Shown here: positions 13,076 through 26,752 of the stretch, piece by piece
How positions within the stretch are numbered: position 1 is the first letter of the stretch
How the letters are laid out: each line of letters starts with the position of its first letter
From: Camelus ferus
Lineage: Eukaryota
Reading direction: 5' to 3'
Assembly (NCBI RefSeq): GCF_009834535.1
Contig: NC_045696.1
Span: forward strand, 14,076,001 to 14,140,000
Length of the DNA stretch: 64,000 nt
The notes under the pieces: model-generated
Told to the model about the DNA's origin: nothing
Seen by the model: the letters and a program-made list of their open reading frames with translations, nothing else
The model's database searches: none
Program-made: the position numbers and the translations under genes

Positions 13076-13574
13076 GATAGCATGTTGTACATCCTTCCAG
13101 TGAGAATTAGGAGTTTTCCCTCATTTGCAGTGCTCTGGAACAATTTATAGAACATTTGGAGTATCTTGTCATTGAAAATTTGGTAGAATTTCCCTGAATA
13201 ATTATCTGGATCTGCAATATTTTGTAGAGTATTTCTTTAATAACTTTTTTTGGTTTCTTCGAGGAAATCAGTCTCTTTATAATTTCTAAACATAATGGTG
13301 TCAATTTCATTAATCTGTATTTCCCTAGAAAATTCCCTATTGTATCTAGATTTTCAAATTTATAGCAATAAACATCTGCAAAATAGATTCATACAGTTTT
13401 TTAAACTTCTTGTTTTCGTGTTTATTTCTCTTTTGTCTTTTTCTTATTTTGTATATACTTCCTATTCAGTTTTTGCCTTGACAAAGTGATTTATCAATGT
13501 TAAGCTTTTCAAATAGTAGCATTTTAATCATTTTTAAGGTCTATTTTTTTCCTCTTATCTATTTTGTTAATTTT

Positions 13575-16160
13575 TGTTTTTATTCATTCAGCCACCTTCT
13601 GTCTTTTGATTGGAGCATTTAATTCACTAACATTTTAAAGTGATTATTGATAAGTATATACTAATTGAAATTTTGTTACTTGTTTCCTGGTTTTTGTTGT
13701 AGTTTTTTCCTATTCTTTTTTTCTTCTATAAATTTATTCCTTTGTGATATAATGGTTTTCATTAGTAGTATGCTTGTGTTCTTTTATCTCTAGTATTTGT
13801 CTATTTTAGGTTTTTGATTTGTGGTTACCATGGACTTCATATATGTTGACTTATAACTATATGTGCGTGTTTTAAACTGGTAGTCAGTGAAGTTCAAGCA
13901 CATTCTAAACATCTACAATTTTGTTTACTCTCCTCCCCTGTATATTGTGTTTTTTGATATCATGTTTTACATCTTCATGTTTATCTGTTAGTAACTATTT
14001 AGTTACAGATTTTATCATTTTTTGTGTTTTAATCTTTGTAGTAGCTTATTTAAGTGTTTGATCCATAGCCTTACTATATATTTGCTTTTACTAGTGAGTT
14101 GTTTTTTTTTTCTCTTATAAATTCTTACTTCTTCTTGTAGCCATTTCTTTTCTACTAGAGACAACCCTTTAACGTTTGTTTTAGAGCTGGTTTAGTATTG
14201 ATGAACTCTTTCAGACTGCTTGTCTGAGAATTTCTTTATCTCTTCTTCAACTCTGGATAATAATCTTACTGGATAGAGTATCCTAGATTGTAAATTTTTT
14301 CCCCTTCAGCACTTGGAATATCTTATGATGCTCACTTCTGGCCTGAAAACTTTCTAAAGAAAAAAAATCATCTAATAGCAGTATCAGGGTTCCACTCTTT
14401 GTTTTTCTCTTGCCATCCTTAGAATTCTCTCTTTATCTTTAACTTTTACTTTTTTAACTATGATATGTCTTCATATGCAATTTTTTTAGTTCATCTTTTG
14501 GGGACTCTGGGTGATTCCTATACCTGGATAACTGTTTCTTATTTCATGTTTGAGTAGTTTTCAGCCATAATTTTATCAAATTTATTTTCTACAACTTCTT
14601 TTTGGGAGCCCATTAATGTATATATAAGTATGCTTAATGTACCATTTTCACTCTTTAAATTTGTTTTTCTTTTTGCTGTTGTGAGTGGGTGATTCCTGTT
14701 ATTCTATCTTCCAGATCATTTATGTGTTCTTCTCTATCACCTAGTCTGCTGATATTCCCTTCTAGTGTGCTTTTTATTTCAGATGTTTTATTCTTCAGCT
14801 CTTATTGATTCTTTTCTATATTTTTAGATCTTTATTAAAATTCTTACTATGTTCAGGTGTTATCTTCCTTAGTTCAGTTTGCATTCTTATTACTAACACT
14901 TTGAACTATATCTGGTAAATTATTTATCTCTGTTTTATTATTTTCTGGGGGTTTCTCTTGTTCTTTGATTGGAAACAAATCCTTCTGTTTTATTATTTTG
15001 CTTAACTCTCTCTGTCTTTATGAAATTAGGTGAAATAGTTACCTGTCAAAGTCTTGAAGGTGTGTCTTTGTGTGAGTGTATCCTTATACAGTTTGCGTGT
15101 GCCCAATGGCTTTGATAAGAGAGCTGGATCTAGAGCAAGTATGAGTCACACCTTTTCTCAGTCTGTGCAGCAGCTATCATTTTGGTAGGAGGTGGGGCTG
15201 GAGATGAAGGAGCTAGATCCAGAGCCAGGAGTGAGCTGGGGTTTCTCCTATGCTTACTGACCTACACCACCCCATAGGAGGCAGAGTCAGATTACAAGGT
15301 GCTGGAGCAGAAGCCCTGAGGATGGGTTTTGAGCTGAATCTTTTCCCTTTAAGTGTATGCTCTCCTCTTTCTCAGCATCAGCACCTTTGCCCCAGAAAGG
15401 TGTAGGACTGGGACCTGGGCAGGCACCTAGATTGGGCAGAAGCACACTCTGGGGAGGTCCCAGCATACTGGTCAGAGTTCCAGACTGCTCCTAATCTGCT
15501 ACCTTTGAGAGTGCCAGCAATGTCTACTCCCACCTTGTTCAGACTTGGCACTGGATCTGATTTGGCTCTGTCCCCTCAATCTGCACACTCTCCTCAGCAG
15601 TGACAGCCTTTGCCTTAGTGGAGAACTGCACCATGGAGCAAGGTGGACTGGATTGGTCACTTGATATAGGCTGAGGGGCATGCTGCTGTGGTGATGGGAA
15701 AGAAGCCAGAGTCCCAGGCAGTCTCAATCTGCTTCCTTCACCTTGTTTCATGAGCAAACAAATGTGTGTGCACTCTTCACAAGCAGAGTCTAATTTTCTC
15801 ACTGCCCTTCTGCCAGCCCCTTTGGAAACCAGCCAATTGGACTCATCTTCTCAATGTCAAACCCCGGTGCTGGGGTACTCAATATGTGGTTCAAACTACT
15901 CAGTCACCAGGGAGGATCTACAAGCCTGTGTGATCCCACCCACTTCTGCGTCCCCTCCTAGGGGCACAGATCCTTAACTAATTGCTTCACTTCCCCTCCT
16001 ACCTAACTTCCTGTGGATTATTCTTTACAGCCTTGATTGTATGAGACTGTTTCTGCCAGTCTCTAGTTTGTTTCCAGTGAGAATTGCTCCACATGTAGAT
16101 GTATTTTTGATGTGTTCCTGGGGAAGGTGAGCTCAGGGTCCTCCATATTGATCTCCTCCT
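13575..16160 (-). mobile_element. L1 5'UTR + ORF1 + start of ORF2 (degenerate), specific to U1
   Basis: Antisense ORF2-start text ('cttttgattggagcatttaattcac'), ORF1-like T-rich body, and a GC-richer 5'UTR ending 'gaattgctccacatgtagatgtatttttgatgtg'. No open frame. Confidence 0.85.
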
Positions 16161-17045
16161 TTGGTTTTGCATGATTTTAGTCTACCCAAGCCACTGCCTG
16201 ATTATAAAACACATCAGATCTCTTTCCAAAACACAAGCAGCAATTGATTCTGTCAAAATTTTACTAAAACAGACCTCAAATTTTGTATCTTCCTGTGGTA
16301 ATGTGAGAACAACAGAAGCCACCAGAGAATGTGTGCAGCTATAATGCGCGAGTTCAAGTACATACTATCAATGAGGAAAAGAATCATTAATAATATGAAA
16401 TTTAGAAGAAAAAATTACATCTGTCTAGATGCACATCCAAATGCCAAACATCAAGAAAGAATTAGGTAGTAAAATAATAGCATGAAATTGTGAGAAGAGA
16501 GGCACAAAACTTTGCCAAATCTTTAGTCAAACTTTGGAAATACCAAAGATATGGCTTTGGATAGATCAAGGTAGATAATAGTAGCCCTTGGAAATGCTTC
16601 CAAACACACATATTAGGAAAGTAGTGGTTGTGTATAACCATTCATCTATGCATCAAAATTATCAACTATAGATGGCGAAAGAGTCAGCAATTCCACACAC
16701 GTAAAACCACATATTTATAAGAAATGTAGATAACTATACACAAAAATGTAGCAATATGAAAGCCAATTATGTTTAATAAATAATGAATTTAGACGTTTTC
16801 CAAAATGAAAATAGTTTAAATTATTTTTATTCAGTTATGTAACACTAACAAAATATTAAGTGAATATTTTTTAAATTGTTGGAAATTCAGGAAATTCTAT
16901 CAAAAAAAGTCTGATGTTGCATGATAGTCTAAGATTCAGTAGTCATTGTTTGAACAGACAAGAACATCCATTTTACAACTAATGCAGGAGGTACACATGG
17001 TGCCTCATCAGAGAACATCCTGAACAGATGAGCATCTAGAACTTC

Positions 17046-17207
17046 TCAGTAGAAGCCAGAAGACCAGTATCTTCCATAGCAGCATGGGTGGTAGCAGGCA
17101 TAGCCATAGCCACCGTAGCCACAGCCACCGTAGCCACATCCATAGCCACATCCCAGGCCACCATAGCCATAGCCCAGGCCACCACAGTAGTTGTTGTAGA
17201 AGCTCAT
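17046..17207 (-). CDS. KRTAP22-1: KRTAP22-1-like HGT protein, copy A (53 aa)
   Basis: [53 protein letters not shown]. The MSFxNNY start, GYGYACYxP and antisense position between KRTAP6 genes fit KRTAP22-1 as recalled; KRTAP20 is the close alternative. TATATAA(-) at 17283-17289, ATTAAA(-) at 16772-16777. Confidence 0.88.
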   Translation of the reverse strand: MSFYNNYCGGLGYGYGGLGCGYGCGYGGCGYGGYGYACYHPCCYGRYWSSGFY

Positions 17208-18180
17208 AATGTGAGGATAAGGAGGCTCAGTTGAAGGCAGAGTCAATTTCTAGTGTTTTAAATTTAAAATCTGCACAGGACCTTATATACCAAAAGAGTG
17301 GTATGTGGGCCAAACCACAGGCTCTCTTCTATTTATATTCTAAACTAATTGGCATTAAAACTATCTCAATAATTCATCATAACTAATATATCTAAGCCAA
17401 AACAACTCTTTTTTGTGTCATGATGCCTATCACAAAATCATATGCATTTAATGATAGATTCTTCTCCTAATTTGGTGGCTTATTTATTCCAGATTGCAAA
17501 TTAAAGCTACATTACTATCATGTGGTCAATTAGCCATGAATATTCTTGTTGAAAATATTAGTTTAATTTAATAATATCCTCCATCAATCTACATATATGC
17601 TGTCTTGGGATCGAAAGTGTGGATTTAAAGGGGAAGAGAAGGAAGAAGAGTTTGTAGGGGGAAAGACATTGTAGAAGAATTCACTTGTTTAACATTGAAT
17701 AACTAACTGTTTTATCTGGCTTATTATTTATTTTTTTTTTTTGAGGAGCAATATTATACACTACAGTTTGGTTTATACTTCACATAAACATATACCCATA
17801 ATTTTATATTTGACACAAAACCAGGGTAGATACCCTAAAGTTTAACCCCATTAACTGCAGATATATAGAAAAGGAAAGACAATCTATTAGAAATACATGT
17901 TTAAAAATGATTCTCAAAATTATGAATGATTTATTGATGTGATGTACCTCCTAATATGTTGCCCTGAAGAAGGCACATCTCTTCTGGGGCTCTTGCCAAA
18001 AATATAACTTCAGTCTAAGTATGAGAAAATTTCAAACAAACCCAAATTGTGGAATATTCCACAAAATATCTGACTCTTCATGAAATTCAGGTTAACCAGA
18101 GGAACTGTCACTAATTAGAGCAGTCTGAAAATATAGACAACTATATTCAGTGTGAATTGGATCCTGGAAACAAACCAAAA

Positions 18181-18204
18181 CAACAACAACAACAACAACA
18201 ACAA
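18181..18204. repeat. (CAA)8 microsatellite
   Basis: Counted directly. Confidence 0.9.
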
Positions 18205-18469
18205 CACTACTAATAAACAAATATGATGAAATAAAAATCCATGGTTAAGAGCATAGTACAAAGTTCATTTCTTTGGTTTGATAAACTTACTATGGTTATG
18301 AAAGATGTTCATATTAGGTGACATTAAGTAAGTAATGTGTATAATACAATTTTTGTGTCATCTTGGTAACATTCAGTAAATTTAAAATTATTTCAATATA
18401 TGAAGTTCAAAATAAATATAAAATTGCTCTTCCATTTCATTGATTTGATCATCTATGACTTCTTCATAC

Positions 18470-19770
18470 ATCAAACGTTATTAAGAAGCAACTGTATACT
18501 GGGCACTATTATGAGAACTGGGGATGGAGAAGTGATCATGGTAGACAAGATCACTATTGTAATGGAGCTTATATTCTAGGTTAAGCCAGGTCAGGAAATT
18601 CAACAGACAGGTAAGCTATTCTTGCTGTTCCTTAAAAAGCTCAAGGGCAGAGAGTTTATGGTGGAAAAAAACTAGGTCCATTTAACGAGTTGAAAAGCTA
18701 CTAAGATCTGTGAATTTTAATGAAGAGGAAGGGTGTTAGCAGATAAGCTCATGGGTGTGGTCATGGCTGTGACACATTGGACCATGATAGCTATGTTTTC
18801 TAAGTTTTGGGTTGCTAAATGTAGCAAATAAAAATGCAAGACAACCATTAAATCTGAGTGTCAGATAAACAAATTATTTTAGCATAAATATTCTCCTTGC
18901 ATTCTTTGGGAAATTCAATATTCTGAATTTCCAAATTGAACTTCAGTATTATGACAATGAAATTTAACTGCATGTCTGGTGTTTACTCTAGCAATCCCAA
19001 TGTGGGAATACATTGAAGGATTACGTTAAAGGAGGTTCATGACCTGATTTGTGCCATGCATGCTTTGAGATGTAGAAAAAATAATGAAACAGACTGGGTA
19101 GTATAGAGAATCATGAATGTAATTTATGTTGTTAAATTTCTAATGACAATTAATCTACAAAGATATTAGTACTAACTTGAAGACATTCAATAAAATTGGA
19201 ATGTATATGAAATATATATATGAAGTAATAAGACTAAAAATGAAATGGAGATTGATTGGAGAAAAGAATATATCCAAAAGTGATCTGTCTAAAGAGAGTT
19301 TAGCTAGACACTAGAGATTATAAGTGGGGAAAACACGTATCTGGGCCCTCTAACAGTTGAGGGCAAAATCTGAGAAGAGAAAAAAGAAGATACAGAAGAA
19401 ACAGCTGCTGAGATTGGAAATGAAACAAAACTGTGTTTGTAGGATGAAGCTAAAGGTTGGGGTCCTATAGGAATGAAAGAAAGGTTGGTGGATCTAAATG
19501 TATTCAGAAGCTGAGTAAAATGAATGCTTGACCTCTGGATAGGGCAGGACTGAGGTCTGGATCATCTGTGCAAGGGCATCTCAGGAGAGTAGCAGAGGCC
19601 AAAGATTCACAAATATGAGTGGAAAGGTAAGGAGATATTAAAATGCCTCCATGAAAACACACTTGTGACATTTTGCTTTGAAGTAGAATATGGCAATGGG
19701 GATTACTTTGAAGGGTATGGAGAGTGACATAAAGCTTGTTTTATTTTTGATTTGGAGTATGTTTGAGAAC
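18470..19770 (-). mobile_element. L2 3' remnant with nested MER53-like MITE; paralogs at ~28370-29780, ~45670-46550, partial ~54880-55220
   Basis: 'tgtatactgggcactatt...gtagacaagatcact...atggagcttatattctag' is the antisense L2 3' end. Confidence 0.65.
18809..18998. mobile_element. MER53-like hAT MITE (imperfect palindrome); paralogs at ~28891-29060, ~46182-46350, truncated ~54881-55013
   Basis: Termini gggttgc...gcaatccc; internal 'tagcaaataaaaat', 'tcagataaacaa' and 'aatttaactg'. Confidence 0.7.
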
Positions 19771-21625
19771 TGAGTGTATTCAGAACAACACACCAGAAAA
19801 GCCTGGGCGAAAAAATCATTCCATGCAAAGCTCTCACTGCTGTAATCAGGGAGGGCAACACAATTCGTCAGAGAAAAGAATCAATTCATGGAGGAAAATT
19901 CTAAGGAGAAAAGATATAATAATGTAATTAGGAACTTGTTTTACCCACAGAAAATGTACTCTACATCGATTTTAATCAAATATGAAAATAAAACGTTAAT
20001 TATAGGTTTTATTTTCATTTTTTGATTAATTGATACAATTCACACTTAGCAAATGTAGCCATGCGCTAAGAATTTAAATATCCTTGAAGAAGAATAATCA
20101 TTATGTTATTTCAACTAGTTTTTGCTAAAAACTTGTGGTTGTCTGATTGACTTGGCACTGTGAGAGTTGAAGCTACTGCTATTTTCTATATGAGAAATTT
20201 GAAGATGCCCTCTGCTTATAGCATCTCAATCCAGTAGTGAATTAAATGTTACAATAAGGTTTTTACTTTACAAAATTGCTCCTACCAAGAACACATGGAA
20301 ATATATTCTAAAACACGTGAATGTACTGATCTGATCTTTAGCATGAAGATATTTTTCTGTATCATTAAGATGCCATTTCCTTTTGATTCACTTGAAATAG
20401 TTACCATACTAGATGAATCAGTAATTTAAATTATCTGTGTCCATATTTGATTATCTACAGAGAGGGGTGGTAAGGGTGTCTAATTTCTTAAACCATCTTC
20501 ACTGCAATGTAAACCAGCCCCAAATTCCACTTCCTAAATCCAGCCTAAGGTTACCCTGAGGGACATATAAAAATAATATTTTGACTAAGAACTATCATTG
20601 TATATCAGAAATCCTTGTGATATTTGAATAATGCTGCTTTCCTACATGCATTTTCTTAAAGATACAGAATTATTTTTTCTAACTGTAACACTACAACCGT
20701 TTTTCTTTGGCTGCCCAAATGATGAGTTATCACACTGATTTCAATGAAAGTAGTTGTAATTCAAGGGTTATGCAAAAGAGCTCAGCATGCCAGGTTACAA
20801 AGCGTACTGACTGGATGTACTGAGAAAGGAATAGTTCTCTGTCTAATTTATTGTTAACACAAATACATAACGCTAGGCTATTGAATAGTTACCTAGAATA
20901 TTAACTAATCACTATATATACAATTACAGAGAAAATAACTATATAAATTGGATTCTAGAGAATGACTTCTATTTTCACGTCCTTTAATAGAAGTTGAACA
21001 TAAATGGGAATTACACTCATTGGTGTAAGTAGGAGACATTTTGTTCAGAACTGATTCCCTTGAAATTTTAATGAGTAAAATTATTATTAGCCTTATGGGC
21101 ATGAAAGATACATTATGGCTTCACATAGAAAAGACACTAAATCCCTGAAGAAAGCAATAATTTGGATCAAGAGAGAAGAAAAATTTATCATTCAAAAGGA
21201 ATTTTTTTTTATAAAAAGTTATAAAATAATAACATTATTATTTAATGCCAAGAGTCTAACAAATGTTTTGTTTCTTTATGTAAGGGATGGTTCCAGCAGA
21301 TTAAAATGAATGTGTGATTTGGGCAGGACTGTGTAAGTGTGAGTTGGTATCTTCTTTCATTCAAACCCTCAATTGGATAAGAGGAGACCAAACTGAGAAA
21401 CCAAGACAGTAAGCCCCCTGAATTTCTCTCAAGCTGTATCTTATGGCTGAGGAACAACAAACTATTTAGATTAGTCATAAATTCTGGCAACGTCATGAAG
21501 GTGTGATGGGTCACACCCACACTAAGGACATACAAAAGGCTCTCTGCAGGGAGACATGTCCACCCTGAAGTGACACTTCTACTCCCTTCTCTACCCAAGG
21601 ACAACCTCAACCCAACACCAACACC

Positions 21626-21781
21626 ATGTGTGGCTACTACGGAAACTACTATGGGGGCCGTGGCTATGGCTGCTGTGGCTACGGAGGCCTGGGCTGTGGC
21701 TATGGGTCCTGCTATGGCTGTGGCTTCCGCAGACTGGGCTGTGGCTATGGGTGTGGCTCTGGCTTTGGCTACTACTATTGA
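21626..21781 (+). CDS. KRTAP6: KRTAP6-family protein, copy 2 (51 aa)
   Basis: [57 protein letters not shown] at 22068-22073. The TATA position reads TACAAAA (21531-21537). Confidence 0.93.
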   Translation: MCGYYGNYYGGRGYGCCGYGGLGCGYGSCYGCGFRRLGCGYGCGSGFGYYY

Positions 21782-22539
21782 GGACGCCATGGAAGACTCT
21801 CATCCTCTACACCAGGACCTTAGGATTCCCCAATTCTGAACCTTTCAAGTTCTGTGCCTTTCCCTTGGGTGATGATTACCCTCATCGTGGAAATCTAGTA
21901 TGGTCTGTTGATCTACCATCTAACCGATATGTTCTCTGAATTTATCTCATTAAGTGGGATAAAGTGAAGTTCACCAGTGACCTCAGAGTTCTCCTTTCTT
22001 CAGGCTGTTAATATCATAGTAACTACCTTGAGGGCTTCCATCATGGAGTTTGTTTCTTTGTTGACCTAATAAAATTGTTAATTCAAACAGCAGCCCTGGT
22101 TTTTATGCCAGTTATTTAATGTCCAGTATTGTCTACAGGCAGTTTTTTTTTTTTTGGCAGAATTTTGTTCTTTGTGGTTGTATAACTGAGGGGCTCAACA
22201 TTGACTGTTGGTGGGAGGCATTTGCAAGCTGTCTGCAGGAGGCTTCCTGTAGTTCCTTGACATGGTTGCTTGGTTTCTCAAAGCCAAGTAGGAGGGGAGA
22301 TATTCCAGCAATGTGAGTGCTACAATCCCCATTCAATTTTATGTAACAAAATCACATACACACAGTCATACATATTTTGATACTTTTGCCGTATTTAATG
22401 TGCTAGAAGTAAGTCACAAGTCTTGTCCACACTCAAGAGGAGGGCATCATGCCAACCACTGACATTAAGAGGCAGAAATCAGGGCAGTACTTTGATAGTC
22501 TGCCCAGCACTGATATCAATGCTATGGAAATTAGGAAGT

Positions 22540-25500
22540 TTCCCTCATTTGCAGTGCTGGGGGACAATTTATAGAACATCTAAATATTTTATCTCTGAAG
22601 ATTAGGTAGAATTTTCCAGAGTAAGTATTTGAATCTGCAATATTTTGTGAGGTGTTTCTGTAATGCTTTTCTCTGCTTCTTCTAAGCAAATCAGAATCTT
22701 AATTTCTAAATGCAATGTGTCAATTTTGGTAATCTACATGGTCATCTATATTCTCCTAGGAAATTCTCCATTGCATCTAGGTTTCAAATTCATATCCATA
22801 AAGATCTACAAAGTAGATTCATATAATTTTTAAGACCCCATTTCCTTGTTTATCTTTTGTTATTTGTAATTTTGTATATACTTCTTTTTCATTTTTTCCC
22901 CTTGATTAAATTAGCAAGTGATTTATAAACGTTAATCTTTACAAATAGTAACATTTTGACTCATTTAAATTCTATTGCTTTTTTTCTATTTTCTACTTCA
23001 TTAATTTCTGCTTCACTATTTATCACTTCCTTGAATTTCTTTTGATTTACTTAATTGGTTTTTTAAAGGCTTTTTTAAACTGGGATTTCAACTTACTTGC
23101 ATTACTTCTTTCATTTTCACTGACAAAAATGTTTAGTGTTACAAATTTTTCTCTAATTACTGCCTGAAATTTTTTCATAGATTCTGTTAAGTACTATTTC
23201 TATTACCATTATTTACTTTGAAATTCTATAATTGCATACTGTATTTTCTTTTCCACTGGAACATTGTTTAATCAAAGATTTACTCTCCAGATGAACAGGA
23301 TTTTCCATCTTTTGCTTTTGTTAGCAATTCTAGCTTTATTGCATAGCAACCAGAAAATGTTTTCTGCAGTATCTCTACATTAAGAACATACTAATTTTTT
23401 TCTTTCTGATTATTTTTTGTATATTTTCTGTGGAAGATTGAGAAGAAGGTTTATTTTCTACTAACAGCATATAGATGGATATGCATCCATAAAACCTACC
23501 TTATTAATTAAATTTTTAGGTGCTCTCTCATTTTACTTATTCTTTCTACTAGATCTGTTTGTTCAGGGAGTGGTATATTACAGTTGTTCATTATTAATGT
23601 TTTTCTATCTACATCTTGATGCATAAATAGATAAGTAGGTAGATATACAGATAGAAAGAAAGGTAAGCACTATTCATAAAGATGATTTCTGTGTTTGGGG
23701 TTCTTACATAAATACTCGTAAGTACAATATATCTCATATTAGACATTGCTTTGGAGAATACATTTGAGTCAATTTTCTAGACTACTACCATTTTCTTTAC
23801 TTACCCATAAAATCACTGTTTAAATATTTAATAGAATTTATCATTGGAGACATCTGAACCTTGAGTTTATTTTGTGGAAAGTTGTTTTTAATTATGAATT
23901 CATTTTCTTTATTAGATTTAGTGCTATTCAGATTCACTTGACTGAGTTTTGGGAATTTTTGTATTTAAAGGAAACTTTTCATTTCATACATGTTGTGGAA
24001 TTTATTGGCATAACATCCTTCATATTATCTGCTTATTTTTAGAGTCTGTTGGATTTAAAAGGTGGTGATTCTACCATTCTTCAGGTTGGTGATTTGTATT
24101 CTCTCTCCTGCATTCTTGATACATTTGTCTAGAATTTATCAATTTGACCTATTCAAAGCACCAACATTATGTGTTATTGATTTCTTTATAGTTTGCTTTT
24201 TTCCTTTTCAATTGATTTCACTAATGTCTCTATTTTCTTTCATTCTTCCTACTTTATCTTCAATTTTCTCTTTCTTTCTAGCTTTTTCAATAATCTTAGA
24301 GCATTGATTTTAAAATGCCCATTTTTGTAATATAATTGTTTAAAGCTACAAATTTCCCTCTAGTCACTTCTTCATTGTTAAGCCATATATTTGGTATGTT
24401 GCATTTATTTATTAACTGATTTGGAAGATTTTCAAATCTGACATGTGATTCTTTTTTGATTCATATGCTATTTGAAGGGAGTTGTTTTCAAATTCAGGAA
24501 GACCCTGTCCTTATGTACCTGAGACTCTCCTGTCCTCTCCAAGAGTCATCTCGGGAGTGAGGGAGATAAGTGAAGAATCTCACTGTGCCACCAGCCCACC
24601 AGAAGAGACACAGGACATAGGCTGGTGAAATTTCTTCTACATTTTCAGGCAGCAATGTCAGAGACCAGTAGGACAACCAGTGGTCAAGATAAACCAAACA
24701 GACCAAAATAACACTGCAAAAATTCTGAAAATTATGAATCATAGCTCACAAGACCTATGAGCTAAACCTGAACAGGGTGACTACCTGCTTTAAAAAAAAG
24801 ATTCAAATATAACAATGATGCTCCTAATAGGTGAAATTTCTATTAAACCATCATACCAAGATTCCAGAAAATTACAACCGGAGTGAGAAAAGATAATGAA
24901 CTAACCCTAACTCTAAGATAATAAAATTTTCACATTATTGGACACAGATTTTAGAGTAGCTATCATAAAAGTGTTTCAATAATCAAATTCTCTTGAAACA
25001 CACACACAAATATACACATATATATATTTATGAAACGCAAACCACTACCATTGAAAAGCTGGAGTTGGATATAACAATATCAGATTAAATAGACTTTAAA
25101 ACAAATAATTTTAAGAATGATATAGATGGATATTTTATATGATAAATGGGCAATCTCCTAAGAAAATACAACAATTTAAATTTCATATGTACCCAACAAC
25201 AAAGCTCCAATATTCACAAATCAAAGATTGACAGAATTGAAAGGAGAAAGAGACACAATAATAATAGTTGGAGTTTCCAATATCTCATTTTGAATAATAG
25301 ATAGAACAACTATACAAAAGCTCATGGTATAAATAGTTGAAGAACACTATAAACGAACTAGACCTAGCACATTTCTAGTGAATACTCAGCTACAAGGGAA
25401 TTCAAATTTCTCTCAAGTACACACGTGGAACATTCTTCAAGATAGGCCATATGTTTGGCCAAGAAGAGCCAATGAACCTTTAAAAAATGAAATCATATGT
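22540..25500. mobile_element. Old L1 fragments (antisense ~22540-24490, sense ~24490-25500); paralogs at ~40130-43030 and ~49330-52430
   Basis: T-rich antisense ORF2-like text, followed by sense endonuclease-region text ('atatcagattaaatagactttaaaac', 'gaattgaaaggagaaa...ataatagttggag'). Confidence 0.7.
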
Positions 25501-26752
25501 AGTCAAATGTGTATACTGCTTTCAATAGATGAAGAAAATCATATCCACATAATTCTCCCCTCCAGATGCTTCCAGAAAACATGCATTTGGGGCAGGTTAA
25601 GATCTTGTCAAGTCTCACACTTTGATCTGTATTCAGAAAGTCATTGTATATGAACTCATTTTCAGTCTTAGCTACCACAAACTCTAGCATTAGTTACTAA
25701 AAAATTAATAGATATTATTGATTTATATTTCATTATTATTCATATTATTACTAATGCTTAATAATAATAAATGAAGTGAATTAAGTAAAGTTACTATAAA
25801 CTGCTTTACAGAACATTACCCAGACTACCAGGATCAGGGATACACTTTTCAGCCTCTGTTCTAGATCAGACTGTGTTTGCATTATTTTAGTCTACCAAAG
25901 CCACTGCCTTCTAGTGAAGTATAACAGTTCTCTTTCCAAAAGGCAAGCAGAAACTGATACTTTGAAAGTTTCACTGAAACAAATCCCAAATTCTGTATTT
26001 CCCTGTGACAGTGTGAGAGTGAAAGAAAGCTCTCTATGCAGCCACAATGTATAAGATGAGATCAAAAATATATTGTCAATGAGAAAAGAATAACAATAAT
26101 ATAAAATATAGAAGAAAAATTACATCTCCCTATAAGCATATTAAAATAGCAAGAATCCAGAAAAAATAAAATACTTAATAATTAGCACAAAATGGTGAAA
26201 AGAGAGCTACTACTTTGCCAATATCTTTAGTCAAACTTAAGTTGATCAAGGATAGGACTTTGATGATATCAAAATATATAATAGTAGCCCTTGGACATCC
26301 TTACAAAAACATGTTAGGGAAAGCACTGGTTGAATATAATCATCTTCATACCAAAATTGTCTACTATAGGTGGTAAAAGGTTCAGCCACCTCACACACCC
26401 ACACATTTACACAAAATCACAAGAAAGAAAGAAAAATAAATACACATGTAACTGGTATAGGTGTGAAAACAGAGTATCTTTAATGAAAAATGAGTTTAGA
26501 CATTTTCCCAAGTGAAAAGGTCAAACATTGTTTGCATTCAATCATATAATATTAACATGGATTAAATGAATAAATTTCTAAATTGTTGGAAACTCAGGCT
26601 GTTCCATCGAAAAAGATCTGATGTTGCATGGTAGTCTAAAATTCAGTAATGATTGTTGAACAAACTAGAACATCCTTGTTATAATTAGTGCAGGAGGTAC
26701 ACATGATGCCTCATCAGAGAACATCCCGTACCAATTAGCCATCTAGAACTAC

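Larger units (their letters stand above)
11606..21625. repeat. Segmental duplication unit U1 (KRTAP6 - MaLR - L1 - KRTAP22-1-like - L2 - KRTAP6 promoter)
   Basis: Collinear homology with U2-U4, e.g. 16170 'atgattttagtctacccaagccactgcc' vs 25881, 43391 and 52797. The most diverged unit. Confidence 0.9.

Noticed and set aside
18809..18998. MER53-like palindrome as a miRNA hairpin source
   Set aside because: The arms are degenerate and asymmetric, and one copy is truncated; no support without small-RNA data.
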